Counted from the stretch's first letter, positions 1 through 9,620 are shown. The stretch: DNA of 25,904 bases from Erysipelotrichaceae bacterium (GCA_028698185.1 JAQVDW010000024.1:1-25904); one strand, 5' to 3'. The notes: a model not told the origin generated them from the sequence alone. A program made the numbers and translations.

Positions 1-427
1 ATTTTAATGGCTTTGGTCCAATGCGCATAATATCGGGGTTTTCTTATGCTGATGGACTTGCATTCTTTTAAGAATCTCATCAAGTGCGCTTATATTTTGT
101 AATGAATCCCGCATCCACTCATATCGGATAATTTTACGATCCTTTAACCAATCATATTTTCTAACGGTACTATATAATGTGCATCCAGTTGATTATTAGA
201 ATCATTAAAATCGCCAAGTAAACCGCCAAGAACGGTTATATTTGTGAACTTAAATAGACCTACAGATTCGAGCACGTAATAATAATCGCGTCGAAATGCG
301 TATGGACATATACAAAACTACATGAAAAATTTGAATTGTATTTGGGAAATAGGGGGTACAACCATCAATTAGGATTTTGCCAAGCATCACGGAAACAATC
401 TTCTTATAAATTTGTGATATTAGAAAA

Positions 428-1150
428 TCATTCGGCTAGAATCTTCACTTCTATCCCTTCTTCTATGAGTCTTTTAAACTCCTGGGCTTTGCCTTTATTG
501 ACAAGATAATGCATCGGTATTACAATCCGCGGTTTTAGTGTATTGACAATCGTTGCTGCCTCCAGGGTGGTCATGGTAAGATTCCCGCCGTCAATCGGTA
601 TCAACGCCACATCGATTTTATCAAGTTGTTCTAATTCAGGTATTTTATCAGTGTCCCCGGCATGGTAGATCCGCATTCCATCGATTGTGATAACATATCC
701 AACATTATCATTCCGTTTGGAATGAGATGGGAATCCGATACTGTAAGCGGCAACCGCATCGATTTTAATCTCATCAAATACGACGCTTTCGCCTGGACGA
801 ACCATTCTGATGTTATGTTCAAAAAGTTTTTTTGCAACTTTTTTAGGGCAAATGATTTTAGTTTTGGCATCTCTTATTCTCTCAATATCAGCCAAAGAAA
901 AATGGTCCGGATGGCCATGGGTTATCAGGATATAGTCGGCAATATCTCCTGATTCGATTTTAAGAGGATCAACATATATGACCATGTTCTTGTATTGAAT
1001 GCGAAAACTTGAAGGAAAAAAATCGCTATTCACTACCGACAAATACACAGCACCCCAAGAGGATAGCTTCGTATTTTTAGACAACACTACATTTTGCACT
1101 TCCGGGATTCTTTGCTCACTTACTGATATCCCAATATTGAGTAAGCCCAT
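428..1150 (-). CDS. MBL-fold (beta-lactamase-like) metallo-hydrolase
   Basis: 240-aa ORF with the HxHxDH zinc motif 'ITHGHPDHF'. Later 'YHAGDT' and 'PMHY' sit at ligand-like positions typical of the fold. Confidence 0.8.
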   Translation of the reverse strand: MGLLNIGISVSEQRIPEVQNVVLSKNTKLSSWGAVYLSVVNSDFFPSSFRIQYKNMVIYVDPLKIESGDIADYILITHGHPDHFSLADIERIRDAKTKIICPKKVAKKLFEHNIRMVRPGESVVFDEIKIDAVAAYSIGFPSHSKRNDNVGYVITIDGMRIYHAGDTDKIPELEQLDKIDVALIPIDGGNLTMTTLEAATIVNTLKPRIVIPMHYLVNKGKAQEFKRLIEEGIEVKILAE

Positions 1151-1591
1151 GTTAATTCCTGCCTTCCTTTGGGTTGATATGTGATGGTCTGGCGCTGTCC
1201 CTCCAATCTGCCATTCTAAAAGGACAGAACTGAACTATAATATTTGTGGATGCCGGTAATCCATATGTATGTCACAATTGTAACACATATCAAAACTCCA
1301 ATCAATGAAACGGAGAAGGGGGTCTTCAAAGCTTTTAGAATATTGAATATTTAGATAAGATGAATAGAGCTGGTATGATTTCGTGATAAGGTGGTGAATT
1401 GGATGGAATATGGGCATAACAGCTAATGATTGGCATCAAGAATTAAAAAATGCAAATGTATCAACGCCTGTGACAAGACTTGAAACAAACGTGTTCTAAT
1501 TCCATCACACGTATTTTATGATTTTCAAACAGCCCCGCAAAGAGGCTAGCCACAATCGCTGCAAAATAATTCATTCTAGTGACGATATGGT

Positions 1592-2188
1592 TTAGGAAGG
1601 TTCTCCAGTATGAACTTGTTTATGTTTACGGTTGTGGCGATAATCCAGAATGTTTTTGCAGAACTTATTATCCCGGAGATATCCCCTTTTTTTCTGCAAA
1701 AAAATCGGCCTGGAAAAACATCTATCACCTTTGATGTCAAAAGGTGTCCTATCGGCCGGTTTTGGAAATATGCCAGGATGGTCAAAATACCACCATTCAT
1801 CCAACAAAAAAACATCAACTACTTTAAAATTGATGTCCGATTCCAAATAAAACCCTTGGAGTAAAATATTCTCTTGTACCTTTTCTTTGTAAAACATTAA
1901 ATCGTCATTTCTATTCCGCTTCAGGATATTGATAGAACACTGAGTGATACCAGTATTGATCCATAAAAATTCAACATTATCGATCAGGTCGAAAGTTTTC
2001 AGTTCCAAAGATGTTGGATAACAGGTGGTATAGTAGACCTCCTTATCCAAATTCTTCAAAAGGGATTCCAATTGCACATACTTGTTTTTATTATCGATCC
2101 AATCCAAATCCAAAATAACGTCGCATTCTTGTCTATAACAAAAAGTTGTTTTTCCAGCACCAATCATCCCGCACACAACATGTATCAA
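1592..2188 (-). CDS. P-loop NTPase / small ATP-binding protein, function unknown
   Basis: 198-aa ORF with Walker A 'CGMIGAGKTTF' right at the N-terminus. No other family motif was recognised. The basic, low-complexity last ~60 aa may be read-through. Confidence 0.5.
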   Translation of the reverse strand: MIHVVCGMIGAGKTTFCYRQECDVILDLDWIDNKNKYVQLESLLKNLDKEVYYTTCYPTSLELKTFDLIDNVEFLWINTGITQCSINILKRNRNDDLMFYKEKVQENILLQGFYLESDINFKVVDVFLLDEWWYFDHPGIFPKPADRTPFDIKGDRCFSRPIFLQKKRGYLRDNKFCKNILDYRHNRKHKQVHTGEPS

Positions 2189-2980
2189 TTTGCAATCTCC
2201 CCTTTCACATGCGCGCGTAAATATTGATAAACAATAAGCCCCTAGTCATGCTTCATCCTTTAGTTAAAAAACACAAAGATCTGATTGGGAGTTAATGATT
2301 GAATTTTACCACTATTAATCGTTGCTTTTTGCTTTTTTCATATTTGGAAATTATTTTTTTTGACTTGGTGAATGTTTGGTGGTCTCGAGGTGTCGCTTTT
2401 TTTAATGTCGATGATAATCAATATGGATTTTAATTTACCAGAAAGGGAAATCCAAAGGCACAATGGGTTCGTCAAGATTGGGATTTTTGGACTCAGTCCA
2501 GCCCCTGGAATCAGGATTTTGGAAAATGCTTATCAGCATCGATACCGGAATGCAGACAAACGCTCCGTGAAACAACGGCTGCTGCCGTTGAAATGGTCGA
2601 TGAATTCTTCGTTGCATGGTTAATCGCCACTACAAGCCAATTTTTCACCATTGCCCTGATCCATCGAGAAGCCAAACCGCTAGGCCACATCTGATTGGCT
2701 GTTGAAAAACGCAACCTTCTTTGCCTGTTCAAAGAAAAACATCGGACGCAACCAAAAATCATCGAAGAATAATCAGTCGATTTGACGGTAAATGGGTTGG
2801 ATGATCCTAAAAAAAATCCAAAACCATCGGGATCCACCCCTAAAATATTGGACAAATCCTGCTTGGTAACAGCTTTCTCCCTGGGGCTTCCACTGTGACA
2901 AGAAAGAAGACCTATCAAAAAAGATAGGTCCTCTGATTGGAGATTCGACTCCGGGGTCATTTAATGCTTTTCAACGTTTC

Positions 2981-3020
2981 AAAAGGCAAACCCCATCGGT
3001 ACTTGCGGGATTCCTGCCTT
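2981..3020 (-). terminator. Possible intrinsic terminator after the permease gene
   Basis: On the minus strand, AAGGCAGGAATCCC...GGGGTTTGCCTT forms a stem (outer AAGGCA/TGCCTT, inner ATCCC/GGGGT). It overlaps the stop codon and is followed by TTTTG. The T-tract is short. Confidence 0.3.
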
Positions 3021-4941
3021 ATTTTTTAACAATCTGGTAGTAGGTTTTCGCAGTGTAGCGGTATACCAGACAATAAATTACCACCAGCGCCCCGATGCAG
3101 ATCAAGGTCGCTTTGAAATAGTTGTTTGTATTGCCAATCAAAAACAGGTCCAGGACATTCAAGATCAGCTTATAGGCAAAGCCTAGATGAATTACCGACA
3201 CCACCAACGGCAGGAAAAAGAAAATCAAAATCTGGGATTGGATGGCCTGTTTGACCTCCTGCTGGGACATGCCCACATTTTGAAGAATTTCGAATTTGTT
3301 CTGGTCTTCATAGCCTTGGCTTAGCTGCTTGTTGTAGATTATCAAAACGGCCGCCATCATAAACATCAAAGACAAGAAGATGCCAATAAAAAGCATGCTG
3401 CCATAAAGTTCATAACCATAGGCCCGCTGTTGGTCAATATTGGTCAAGGAGTAAAGGACCTTTTCCTTGGAGCTGGTGTAATCGGCTTCCACCTGTTCGA
3501 TCACCGGTTCGAGATCCGCTTCGCTGTTGAAGCCAATCGTAAATTTGGGACTTGAGTTTTTCAAAAAGGCGATATTGGCGATTGTCTCATCATTGACAAC
3601 AATTGCCAGCTGTTTTGGTGAATAGGAGTTGTCTGCCATGATGGCTTTTTGGGTGATGGTTCCGGCGATTTGATAAGTCTCATTGGCAAACGTGATCCGG
3701 TTTTCTTTGTAGCCATAGTTCGAATAAAGATATATTTCATTGCCGTGCAAATCCAAATCCTGGTTGAACCCCCGGTTATAGTCACTTTGACTTAAAATAT
3801 TTATGGTAGCGTAATTGTCGAAGTTATCGAATTGGTCCGGATCAAAGGTTATGCTTGTACCTTGGACCAAACCGATAGTCTGGTAGGCACGAATCGAAAA
3901 GTAGTCATCATAACTGATGGACTCGATATTTTTTTTGACGATGTTTTCCAGCAATTCTTGATCTTCTGCATAGTAGGTGGTGATCATTTGGGTCACCGGA
4001 CACTGCAGCTGGACACTGTCTTCGATCCCGCTGTAAAGACAAATCGTGCTTGACAAGGTCACCAAGACACAGGTGCAAAGAATACAAATATTAGCCAGGC
4101 CTACCGCATTTTGTTTCATCCGATAGATCAAACCGGAGATGGCAGTGAAATGGCGGGTTAGGTAATAGTAGTTCTTGTTGGCTTTCAATCCTTTTAACAG
4201 GGCAATGCTCCCTGCGGTAAAAAGACAATAAGTGCCCAGCATAACCAGCAGCACCGCCACAAAAAACATGGTAATTGCCGCCATCGGATCGGTAATGGAA
4301 ATTGCCAGATAATAACCGGCCCCCAAACTGACCAGGCCAACCAAGGTCAGGAAAATCTTGGTCTTTGGTTCTTTTTCTCCCTGGCTTTGTTGCGCCAAAA
4401 GATCAATGGGATTCGAGCGGATCACCCGCACCAAGTTTGCCAACAATGACAGCCCCAAAATCGCTAAAATCAACAAGGCACTACGGTACATGCTTACCAG
4501 CGGGACGGTGATGATAAATTCCAAAGAAGCCTGGGTCAAATTGACAATGATCAGATACATCAACTGGCTTAACACAATTCCCGCCAGAAGACCCAGGCCA
4601 ATTGCCAATATGGCGGTGATCAGCGTTTCGACCATCATCATCACAATCAAATGGCGCTTTTCCATCCCCAGGATATTGTAAAGACTAAGCTGCTTCTTGC
4701 GGTTTTTAGCCACGAAACTGTTGGCATACAAGAGAAAAACAACTGCAAAGACGACAATCACGTTGGCTCCCACGTCCAAAAAGGCAATAAGACTGGAATG
4801 GTCTTGTAAAGACTCGCTAAAGCGCAATGAAGAGATTATGTAATACAAGGCCGTGGTGAAGATAGTCGAAAGCAGATACGGCAAGTAAAACTTGGCATTG
4901 TTTTTAAGATTGGTGAGAGCCAGTCTGGTGTAAAAAAACAT
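3019..4941 (-). CDS. BceB-type ABC transporter permease (FtsX-domain, peptide-antibiotic resistance type)
   Basis: 640-aa ORF with many hydrophobic helices in two blocks around a large hydrophilic loop (roughly residues 310-500). It starts 1 nt after the ATPase gene. The architecture matches BceB-like permeases. Confidence 0.85.
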   Translation of the reverse strand: MFFYTRLALTNLKNNAKFYLPYLLSTIFTTALYYIISSLRFSESLQDHSSLIAFLDVGANVIVVFAVVFLLYANSFVAKNRKKQLSLYNILGMEKRHLIVMMMVETLITAILAIGLGLLAGIVLSQLMYLIIVNLTQASLEFIITVPLVSMYRSALLILAILGLSLLANLVRVIRSNPIDLLAQQSQGEKEPKTKIFLTLVGLVSLGAGYYLAISITDPMAAITMFFVAVLLVMLGTYCLFTAGSIALLKGLKANKNYYYLTRHFTAISGLIYRMKQNAVGLANICILCTCVLVTLSSTICLYSGIEDSVQLQCPVTQMITTYYAEDQELLENIVKKNIESISYDDYFSIRAYQTIGLVQGTSITFDPDQFDNFDNYATINILSQSDYNRGFNQDLDLHGNEIYLYSNYGYKENRITFANETYQIAGTITQKAIMADNSYSPKQLAIVVNDETIANIAFLKNSSPKFTIGFNSEADLEPVIEQVEADYTSSKEKVLYSLTNIDQQRAYGYELYGSMLFIGIFLSLMFMMAAVLIIYNKQLSQGYEDQNKFEILQNVGMSQQEVKQAIQSQILIFFFLPLVVSVIHLGFAYKLILNVLDLFLIGNTNNYFKATLICIGALVVIYCLVYRYTAKTYYQIVKK

Positions 4942-4942
4942 C

Positions 4943-5701
4943 CTACTGCCCTCCCGAAAGGAGCATTGTCAAGGTATCCGATATTTTCTGGTACATCTTG
5001 GCATTGGTCATATCCCCTTTGTAGAGCTGGTGGAAAATCTGGCCATCCTTGATGAACAATACCCTGGAGGCATTGCTGGCGGCCTTGATTGAATGGGTGA
5101 CCATCAAAATGGTTTGCCCGCTCTGGTGGATCTGTTCAAAGATTTCCAAAAGGCTGTCGGTCGACTTTGAATCCAAGGCCCCGGTTGGCTCATCGGCCAG
5201 GATCAGTTTGGGCTCGGTGATCAACGCCCGGGCAATGGCAACCCGTTGTTTCTGGCCTCCGGAAATCTCATAGGGATACTTTTCCAAAAGACCGTCAATT
5301 TTCAGCCGTGGCGCCAGCTTGTCCAATTTGGCCGCCATGACTTGATGTTTTTGTTTGGCTAGAACCAGGGGCAGATAGATGTTGTCGGCGACATTGAAAG
5401 TGTCGAGCAGGTTGAAATCCTGGAAAACAAATCCCAGATTCGCGCGCCGATAGGCGGAGATCTGGCGTTGGGTGATCTTGGTCAGATCGGTTCCATCAAG
5501 TAGAATTTGGCCACCGCTGGGCTGGTCAAGAGCCGCCAAAAGATTCAACAGGGTCGTCTTCCCCGAACCGGACTCGCCCATGATCGCCACATACTCTCCC
5601 TGTTCGACTTCGAAGCTGACGCTTTTTAGCGCCTCGACTTGCTGCTTGGAAAAACGAGTCGTATATACTTTTTTTAATTGATTGACTTGTAATAATGACA
5701 T
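4943..5701 (-). CDS. BceA-type ABC transporter ATP-binding protein
   Basis: Walker A 'GESGSGKTTLLN', signature '[15 protein letters not shown]' and Walker B 'ILADEPTGALD'. I moved the start to ATG 5701 (MSLLQVNQL...), which has AGGAGG at 5711-5716. The track ORF extends to 5830 through the promoter region with non-protein-like sequence. Confidence 0.9.
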   Translation of the reverse strand: MSLLQVNQLKKVYTTRFSKQQVEALKSVSFEVEQGEYVAIMGESGSGKTTLLNLLAALDQPSGGQILLDGTDLTKITQRQISAYRRANLGFVFQDFNLLDTFNVADNIYLPLVLAKQKHQVMAAKLDKLAPRLKIDGLLEKYPYEISGGQKQRVAIARALITEPKLILADEPTGALDSKSTDSLLEIFEQIHQSGQTILMVTHSIKAASNASRVLFIKDGQIFHQLYKGDMTNAKMYQKISDTLTMLLSGGQ

Positions 5702-5782
5702 ATGATAATTCCTCCTTAACAACACCAGTCTACTAAAAAAAATCAAGGGCCGCCATTGATGATCCTTACAATTGGCGCCGGG

Positions 5783-5804
5783 AATCTTACAGTTTTGTAA
5801 GATT
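5783..5804 (-). promoter_or_regulatory. BceR-type response-regulator binding site (perfect inverted repeat)
   Basis: AATCTTACA-N4-TGTAAGATT has perfect 9-bp arms and contains the TNACA-N4-TGTAA core known for BceR-like regulators. Its centre is ~93 nt upstream of the ATPase start. An extra half-site TGTAAGGAT (minus strand) lies at 5761-5769. Confidence 0.6.
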
Positions 5805-5819
5805 TCCCGAAAAGGACAA

Positions 5820-6788
5820 TCAATCATCAATTTGTTTTTTATGGCAGTCGATCATGACGGTGGTGCCCTGGTTGCGGATTGATTCTATCGTGATGGGATG
5901 ATTCAAGGTGTCGAGAATCCGTTTGGTCAAATACAAGCCCAGGCCGCTGGCTTTTTTGTCCTGGCGCCCGATAACTCCAGTGAAGCCCCGCTCGAAAACC
6001 CGGGGCAGGTCACTTGGATCAATTCCAATCCCGGTATCCTTGATGTAAAGGCGGCAGCCTTCGTTGTAGATTGTGATTTTGCCTTGCCGGGTGTATTTCA
6101 AGGCATTGCTTAAAACCTGTTCCAGGGCAAATGTCAGCCATTTTTCATCAGAAAGAATGGTCACATCTTGGATTTGAAGATCGAGGCCGATTTTCTTGGC
6201 AGCAAAGAAGCCCGCTTGCTTTTTCAAGGCTCCAGCCACCACTTTTTCCAGGGAAAGCCTGGCAAAGTTGAGATCATTGTGGATATCTTCAAGGCGCAGG
6301 TATTCCAACACCATCGCGACATACTGTTCGATTTTGATCAACTCCATAATCATCAGATTGTTGCCTTGTTCCTGGGTCAAAAGCTTCAAGGCGGCAATTG
6401 GGGTTTTGATCTGGTGAACCCAGAGAGTATAGTAATTGATCATCACTTGATAACTGCGGCGGTTGGCCGTGTTTTGCTTATCAAGCGATTCGTTTAAACC
6501 GGTGATGATTTGAAGAAAAGACCCCTCAAGACCCCGGGGTTTAAAATCAAGATAGCTAAGACTTCTTTGCGGGTCCTGAATCGCTTTTTGAAGCAACAAG
6601 TATTTGCATCGAAAACAATACCAGTCAAAAATCAGTCCCACCCCGACAAAAAACAGGTTGACCACAGTCAAATACGAGATCAGCTGGGATTCGATGTGAG
6701 CCAAGCTTAAAACTGCCAGATTGAAGATGACAACGATTGCCAATAGAGCCATCAAGCCTTTTTTTGCTTGGAAATAAGCCCTAACCAA
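5820..6788 (-). CDS. Intramembrane-sensing histidine kinase (BceS-like)
   Basis: Two N-terminal hydrophobic helices are joined by only a few residues, so there is no extracellular domain. H-box 'HQIKTPIAALKL' and ATPase boxes 'LSNALKYT', 'DTGIGI', 'GLGLYL' are present. The TTG start overlaps the regulator stop by 8 nt. Confidence 0.85.
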   Translation of the reverse strand: MVRAYFQAKKGLMALLAIVVIFNLAVLSLAHIESQLISYLTVVNLFFVGVGLIFDWYCFRCKYLLLQKAIQDPQRSLSYLDFKPRGLEGSFLQIITGLNESLDKQNTANRRSYQVMINYYTLWVHQIKTPIAALKLLTQEQGNNLMIMELIKIEQYVAMVLEYLRLEDIHNDLNFARLSLEKVVAGALKKQAGFFAAKKIGLDLQIQDVTILSDEKWLTFALEQVLSNALKYTRQGKITIYNEGCRLYIKDTGIGIDPSDLPRVFERGFTGVIGRQDKKASGLGLYLTKRILDTLNHPITIESIRNQGTTVMIDCHKKQIDD

Positions 6789-7452
6789 AGAGATAACCCA
6801 TGCCTTTTCTGGTCTTGATCAGATCATTTAAACCGATGGTTTCTAGCTTCTTGCGCAAACGGTTGATATTGACACTGAGGGTGTTGTCATCGACAAACTG
6901 GCAATCATCCCATAAGAAGTTCATTAATTCTTCGCGGGTAATGATCGTCTGAGGCTTTTGGAAAAACAGTTCCATGATTTTGACTTCATTTTTAGTCAGC
7001 TCCAGCTTAAGGTCTTGATAGGTGACCTCCCCGGTTGCCAAATCAAGAAGGATATCTTGAAAGGCTAGAGCATAGGATTCCTTGGCAAAACTGTAGCTCC
7101 GGCGCAAAATGGCCTGAATCTTGGCCGTGATCACATTGAGGTCAAACGGCTTGTTGATAAAATCATCCCCGCCCATATTCATCGCCATGACTATATTCAT
7201 ATTCTCATTGGCCGAAGAGATAAAAACAATGGGAACCTGGGCCAACTCCCGGATCTTGGCACACCAGTGATAACCATTGTAAAAAGGCAGATAGACATCA
7301 AGCAGGACCAAATCCGGCTGTTCCCGGAGATACTCATTAAGGACATTTTGAAAATCCCGAACAACAACAACCGCAAAATCCCACCTTGCCAGATGCTTTT
7401 GCAAAGTATTGGCAATCACTTCATCATCTTCAACAATCATAATTTTATACAT
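6781..7452 (-). CDS. OmpR-family response regulator (BceR-like)
   Basis: Receiver domain 'MIVEDDEVI' and 'LVLLDVYLP'. C-terminal winged helix 'LSVNINRLRKKL...TRKGMGYLF'. RBS AGGTGAGGTGG lies upstream. Confidence 0.9.
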   Translation of the reverse strand: MYKIMIVEDDEVIANTLQKHLARWDFAVVVVRDFQNVLNEYLREQPDLVLLDVYLPFYNGYHWCAKIRELAQVPIVFISSANENMNIVMAMNMGGDDFINKPFDLNVITAKIQAILRRSYSFAKESYALAFQDILLDLATGEVTYQDLKLELTKNEVKIMELFFQKPQTIITREELMNFLWDDCQFVDDNTLSVNINRLRKKLETIGLNDLIKTRKGMGYLFG

Positions 7453-7473
7453 ATAACCACCTCACCTTGTCCC

Positions 7474-7501
7474 ATTATATCTCAAGAAACCATTGATTAA
7501 A
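7474..7501 (-). promoter_or_regulatory. Candidate sigma-A promoter for the two-component genes
   Basis: On the minus strand, TATAAT at 7474-7479 and TTTAAT at 7496-7501 with a 16-nt spacer. The -10 hexamer ends 21 nt upstream of the regulator start codon. Confidence 0.3.
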
Positions 7502-7821
7502 ACATTAAATTTGGCGATCTGAACATTAAAAGTAAACAATCACAATGCTGACCGGCTACGCCAACGGGAAAAGTTATTCGGCCGTTTCCTGTATGTGAAC
7601 AATGATGACGTCAATTATTATTTTTGCCCAACAGAAAATGATAGAGATCAAAAGATTTCCAGTTATCATATAAAAATTCCAAAGATTCATGATATTGCAA
7701 TCACATCAAGTAATATGGCAGGCCCCAATTGGGCTAACTCAAGTTGGCTTTTAGACCCAAACCGATTCAAGCCAGGTTGCTTGAAACGACCGCCAGCCAA
7801 ATCATCAATCCTGACAATTGG

Positions 7822-7848
7822 CAAAAACAAAAAAGGGCATTACGCCCC
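7822..7848 (-). terminator. Possible intrinsic terminator after the zinc-ribbon ORF
   Basis: On the minus strand, GGGC-GTAAT-GCCC (a short 4-5 bp stem) is followed by TTTTTTGTTTTTG. It lies ~45 nt after the small-ORF stop. Confidence 0.35.
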
Positions 7849-7889
7849 GAAATGATGAGATATTCAAATTGGAATTATAGTTGGCCTGC

Positions 7890-8054
7890 TTATTTTTCAA
7901 AGCCGCCAGTGGAATACATGTATTCCAGGTAATCATCTTCGTCCTGCAACTTCAGCTTATCCTCGCATTCCTTGCAGATGTAAATCTGCTTGTGGTACAG
8001 GAATGTCAGTTCCGATTCATCTTTTTCCTGATTGCAAATATCGCACTTTACCAT
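7890..8054 (-). CDS. Small zinc-ribbon protein (54 aa), absent from the ORF track
   Basis: Hand translation: MVKCDICNQEKDESELTFLYHKQIYICKECEDKLKLQDEDDYLEYMYSTGGFEK. It has two CxxC pairs and an acidic tail. AAAGGAGAG lies 6 nt upstream of the ATG. The ORF is 60 nt downstream of the ARH gene on the same strand. Confidence 0.55.
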   Translation of the reverse strand: MVKCDICNQEKDESELTFLYHKQIYICKECEDKLKLQDEDDYLEYMYSTGGFEK

Positions 8055-8114
8055 TGTTCACTCTCCTTTAATGCAAATTGGAAGCTAGCAGGATAGACTC
8101 CCCGGCTTCGCTGA

Positions 8115-9221
8115 TCATATTTTGTAGTCGTGATAGATGTATTTATGTTCCCATGTCTCATCGCTGAATGAATCATATTCTCTGATCTGACAATCATTGT
8201 ACATGTCATCGGCGATTGCCAGCAAAAGATCCCACAGTTCGAGATAGATTTGATATTTATGGGGAATATTGCTTAAACCTAGATATGTACCCAGGATGTT
8301 CCCGGTAACCGCACCGGTTGAATCGCTGTCGCCGCTATGGTTGACCGCCGCAATAAGTGCCCTGTCGAAATCATCATTGTATTTCAGCGCGCAATAGATG
8401 GCGATGGCCAGCGTTTCTTCTCCCACCCAGCCCTCACCAAGTTGGCCGATGGCTTCCACATCATCCATCTTCTCTCCAGCCAAGGTGACGGCTTTTTTGA
8501 TCAGCTTTTTGAGATAATTTTTATGGATTGCGCCAGGGAACAGATCATCCAGCATTGCCAATGAATCAACAACAGCCCCCCTCAATTTCTTGTCGGGATA
8601 CTTGCAGATAAAGGAAATGATATGGACCAGCATGGCAGCTGGCATGTAGCCAAGTTCATGGCCGTGGGTCAAAGCGGCCACCCGGGCGCCAAGGAGGTCG
8701 ATTTCCCTTTGTTCATAATCGCTCGCGCTAAAATAAAGTCCGATCGGGGCAACCCGAATTATGCCGCCGCAGCCCTTGCTTTGGTTGATTGGTTTTTCTA
8801 TCGTGCCCTCACAACCGCTCTCGATGGCACTCAGACAAGTTGTACCCGGTGCCCTGCGACTGAACAGTTCAGGTCCGTTGACCAACCAGGAACAGGTTGC
8901 TTCAGCTTCAAGAGGATAGCTTTTTGTCTGGGTGAGATACCAGTCATGATAGCATCGGGCAATGTACATCTCATAAGGAGCCCCGATGCCCCGTGTCATA
9001 TATCTTGTCTTGCCAAACAGCAAGCCATTGGCGGTGAACAACGTCATCTGGGTGTCATCGGATATCAATGCCTTGCCACCGCTTTTTTCATACTCGGTTA
9101 TGCCCTTGGGACCATATTTGGCGAATATATTCGCCGCGCTTAAAAATTCCACCGGGTAACCTAGAGCATCACCTGCCGCACCGCCAATAAGACAGCCTCG
9201 GAATTTATCTATATCTTTCAT
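8115..9221 (-). CDS. ADP-ribosylglycohydrolase family protein
   Basis: Family motifs 'FRGCLIGGAAGDALGYPVEF', 'SDDTQMTLF' and 'HSGDSDSTGAVTGNILG' are all intact. GGAG RBS lies upstream. Confidence 0.85.
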   Translation of the reverse strand: MKDIDKFRGCLIGGAAGDALGYPVEFLSAANIFAKYGPKGITEYEKSGGKALISDDTQMTLFTANGLLFGKTRYMTRGIGAPYEMYIARCYHDWYLTQTKSYPLEAEATCSWLVNGPELFSRRAPGTTCLSAIESGCEGTIEKPINQSKGCGGIIRVAPIGLYFSASDYEQREIDLLGARVAALTHGHELGYMPAAMLVHIISFICKYPDKKLRGAVVDSLAMLDDLFPGAIHKNYLKKLIKKAVTLAGEKMDDVEAIGQLGEGWVGEETLAIAIYCALKYNDDFDRALIAAVNHSGDSDSTGAVTGNILGTYLGLSNIPHKYQIYLELWDLLLAIADDMYNDCQIREYDSFSDETWEHKYIYHDYKI

Positions 9222-9448
9222 TTCATATCTCCAAATGGACGATTTCCGTTAATAATCGTGAATGGAATAATAACCGTTGATTCCCGGATTAAATTTATTA
9301 TGGCTTAGATGACTTTGTCGTTGATTTCTTTTAGTGTGCGATTGTCAAACAACAGCCGTTATATACGACTGATTCTTAGTATGTGACGTGAATAGACTTC
9401 CGCACATTTCGTAACTTCGTCACATTCTCCACTGCCGCAACATGTTAT

Positions 9449-9620
9449 TCACTTTTCGTTTCGGCCTGCCAATTCATCCACAGGTCTTTCGACATCCTTC
9501 AAGTCTTTAACAACGTATGGCATTTTGGGAAAACCGATTCCATTTCCAAATGAGATCAGCTCATGATTCTGGTCATCAACACACAGGGCAACATTGTTAT
9601 TGATTTTTTATGACTTTCAT
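9449..9620 (-). pseudogene. Remnant of a BglG/LicT-family antiterminator (CAT RNA-binding domain only)
   Basis: MKVIKNQ* is followed, one frame over, by INNNVALCVDDQNHELISFGNGIGFPKMPYVVKDLKDVER. This matches the MKI.KV.NNNV...G.E.I..G.GIGF.KK pattern of CAT domains. The shift lies in an A6 run, and no PRD domains follow. Confidence 0.5.

Noticed and set aside
1151-1591. Short ORFs between the hydrolase and P-loop genes (60 aa at 1235..1417, and 37 aa starting at 1574)
   Set aside because: There is no RBS, and the composition is odd (His/Tyr/Cys-rich or truncated hydrophobic). Evidence is insufficient to call them.
2511-2960. 149-aa minus-strand ORF, and the overlapping 83-aa plus-strand ORF at 2372..2623
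   Set aside because: The composition is not protein-like (Ser/Arg/Cys-rich). There is no RBS and no recognisable motif. I treated the region as non-coding or a decayed gene.
2938-2960. tRNA/tmRNA-like TTCGACTCC T-loop signature, with 'CCACCA' on the opposite strand near 2378
   Set aside because: The flanking bases do not form a 5-bp T-stem in any register. No acceptor stem or tmRNA 5' GGGG...TTCGAC pairing could be built.
5702-5830. N-terminal 43-codon extension of the ABC ATPase ORF
   Set aside because: The extension runs through the promoter/BceR-box region. Its sequence (MMIDCPFREILQNCK...) is not ABC-like. The internal ATG at 5701 has a strong AGGAGG.
7595-8096. Three plus-strand ORFs (86, 62 and 71 aa) in the intergenic region
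   Set aside because: None has an RBS or a motif. The 71-aa ORF is antisense to the much better supported zinc-ribbon ORF, and the others span terminator and promoter DNA.
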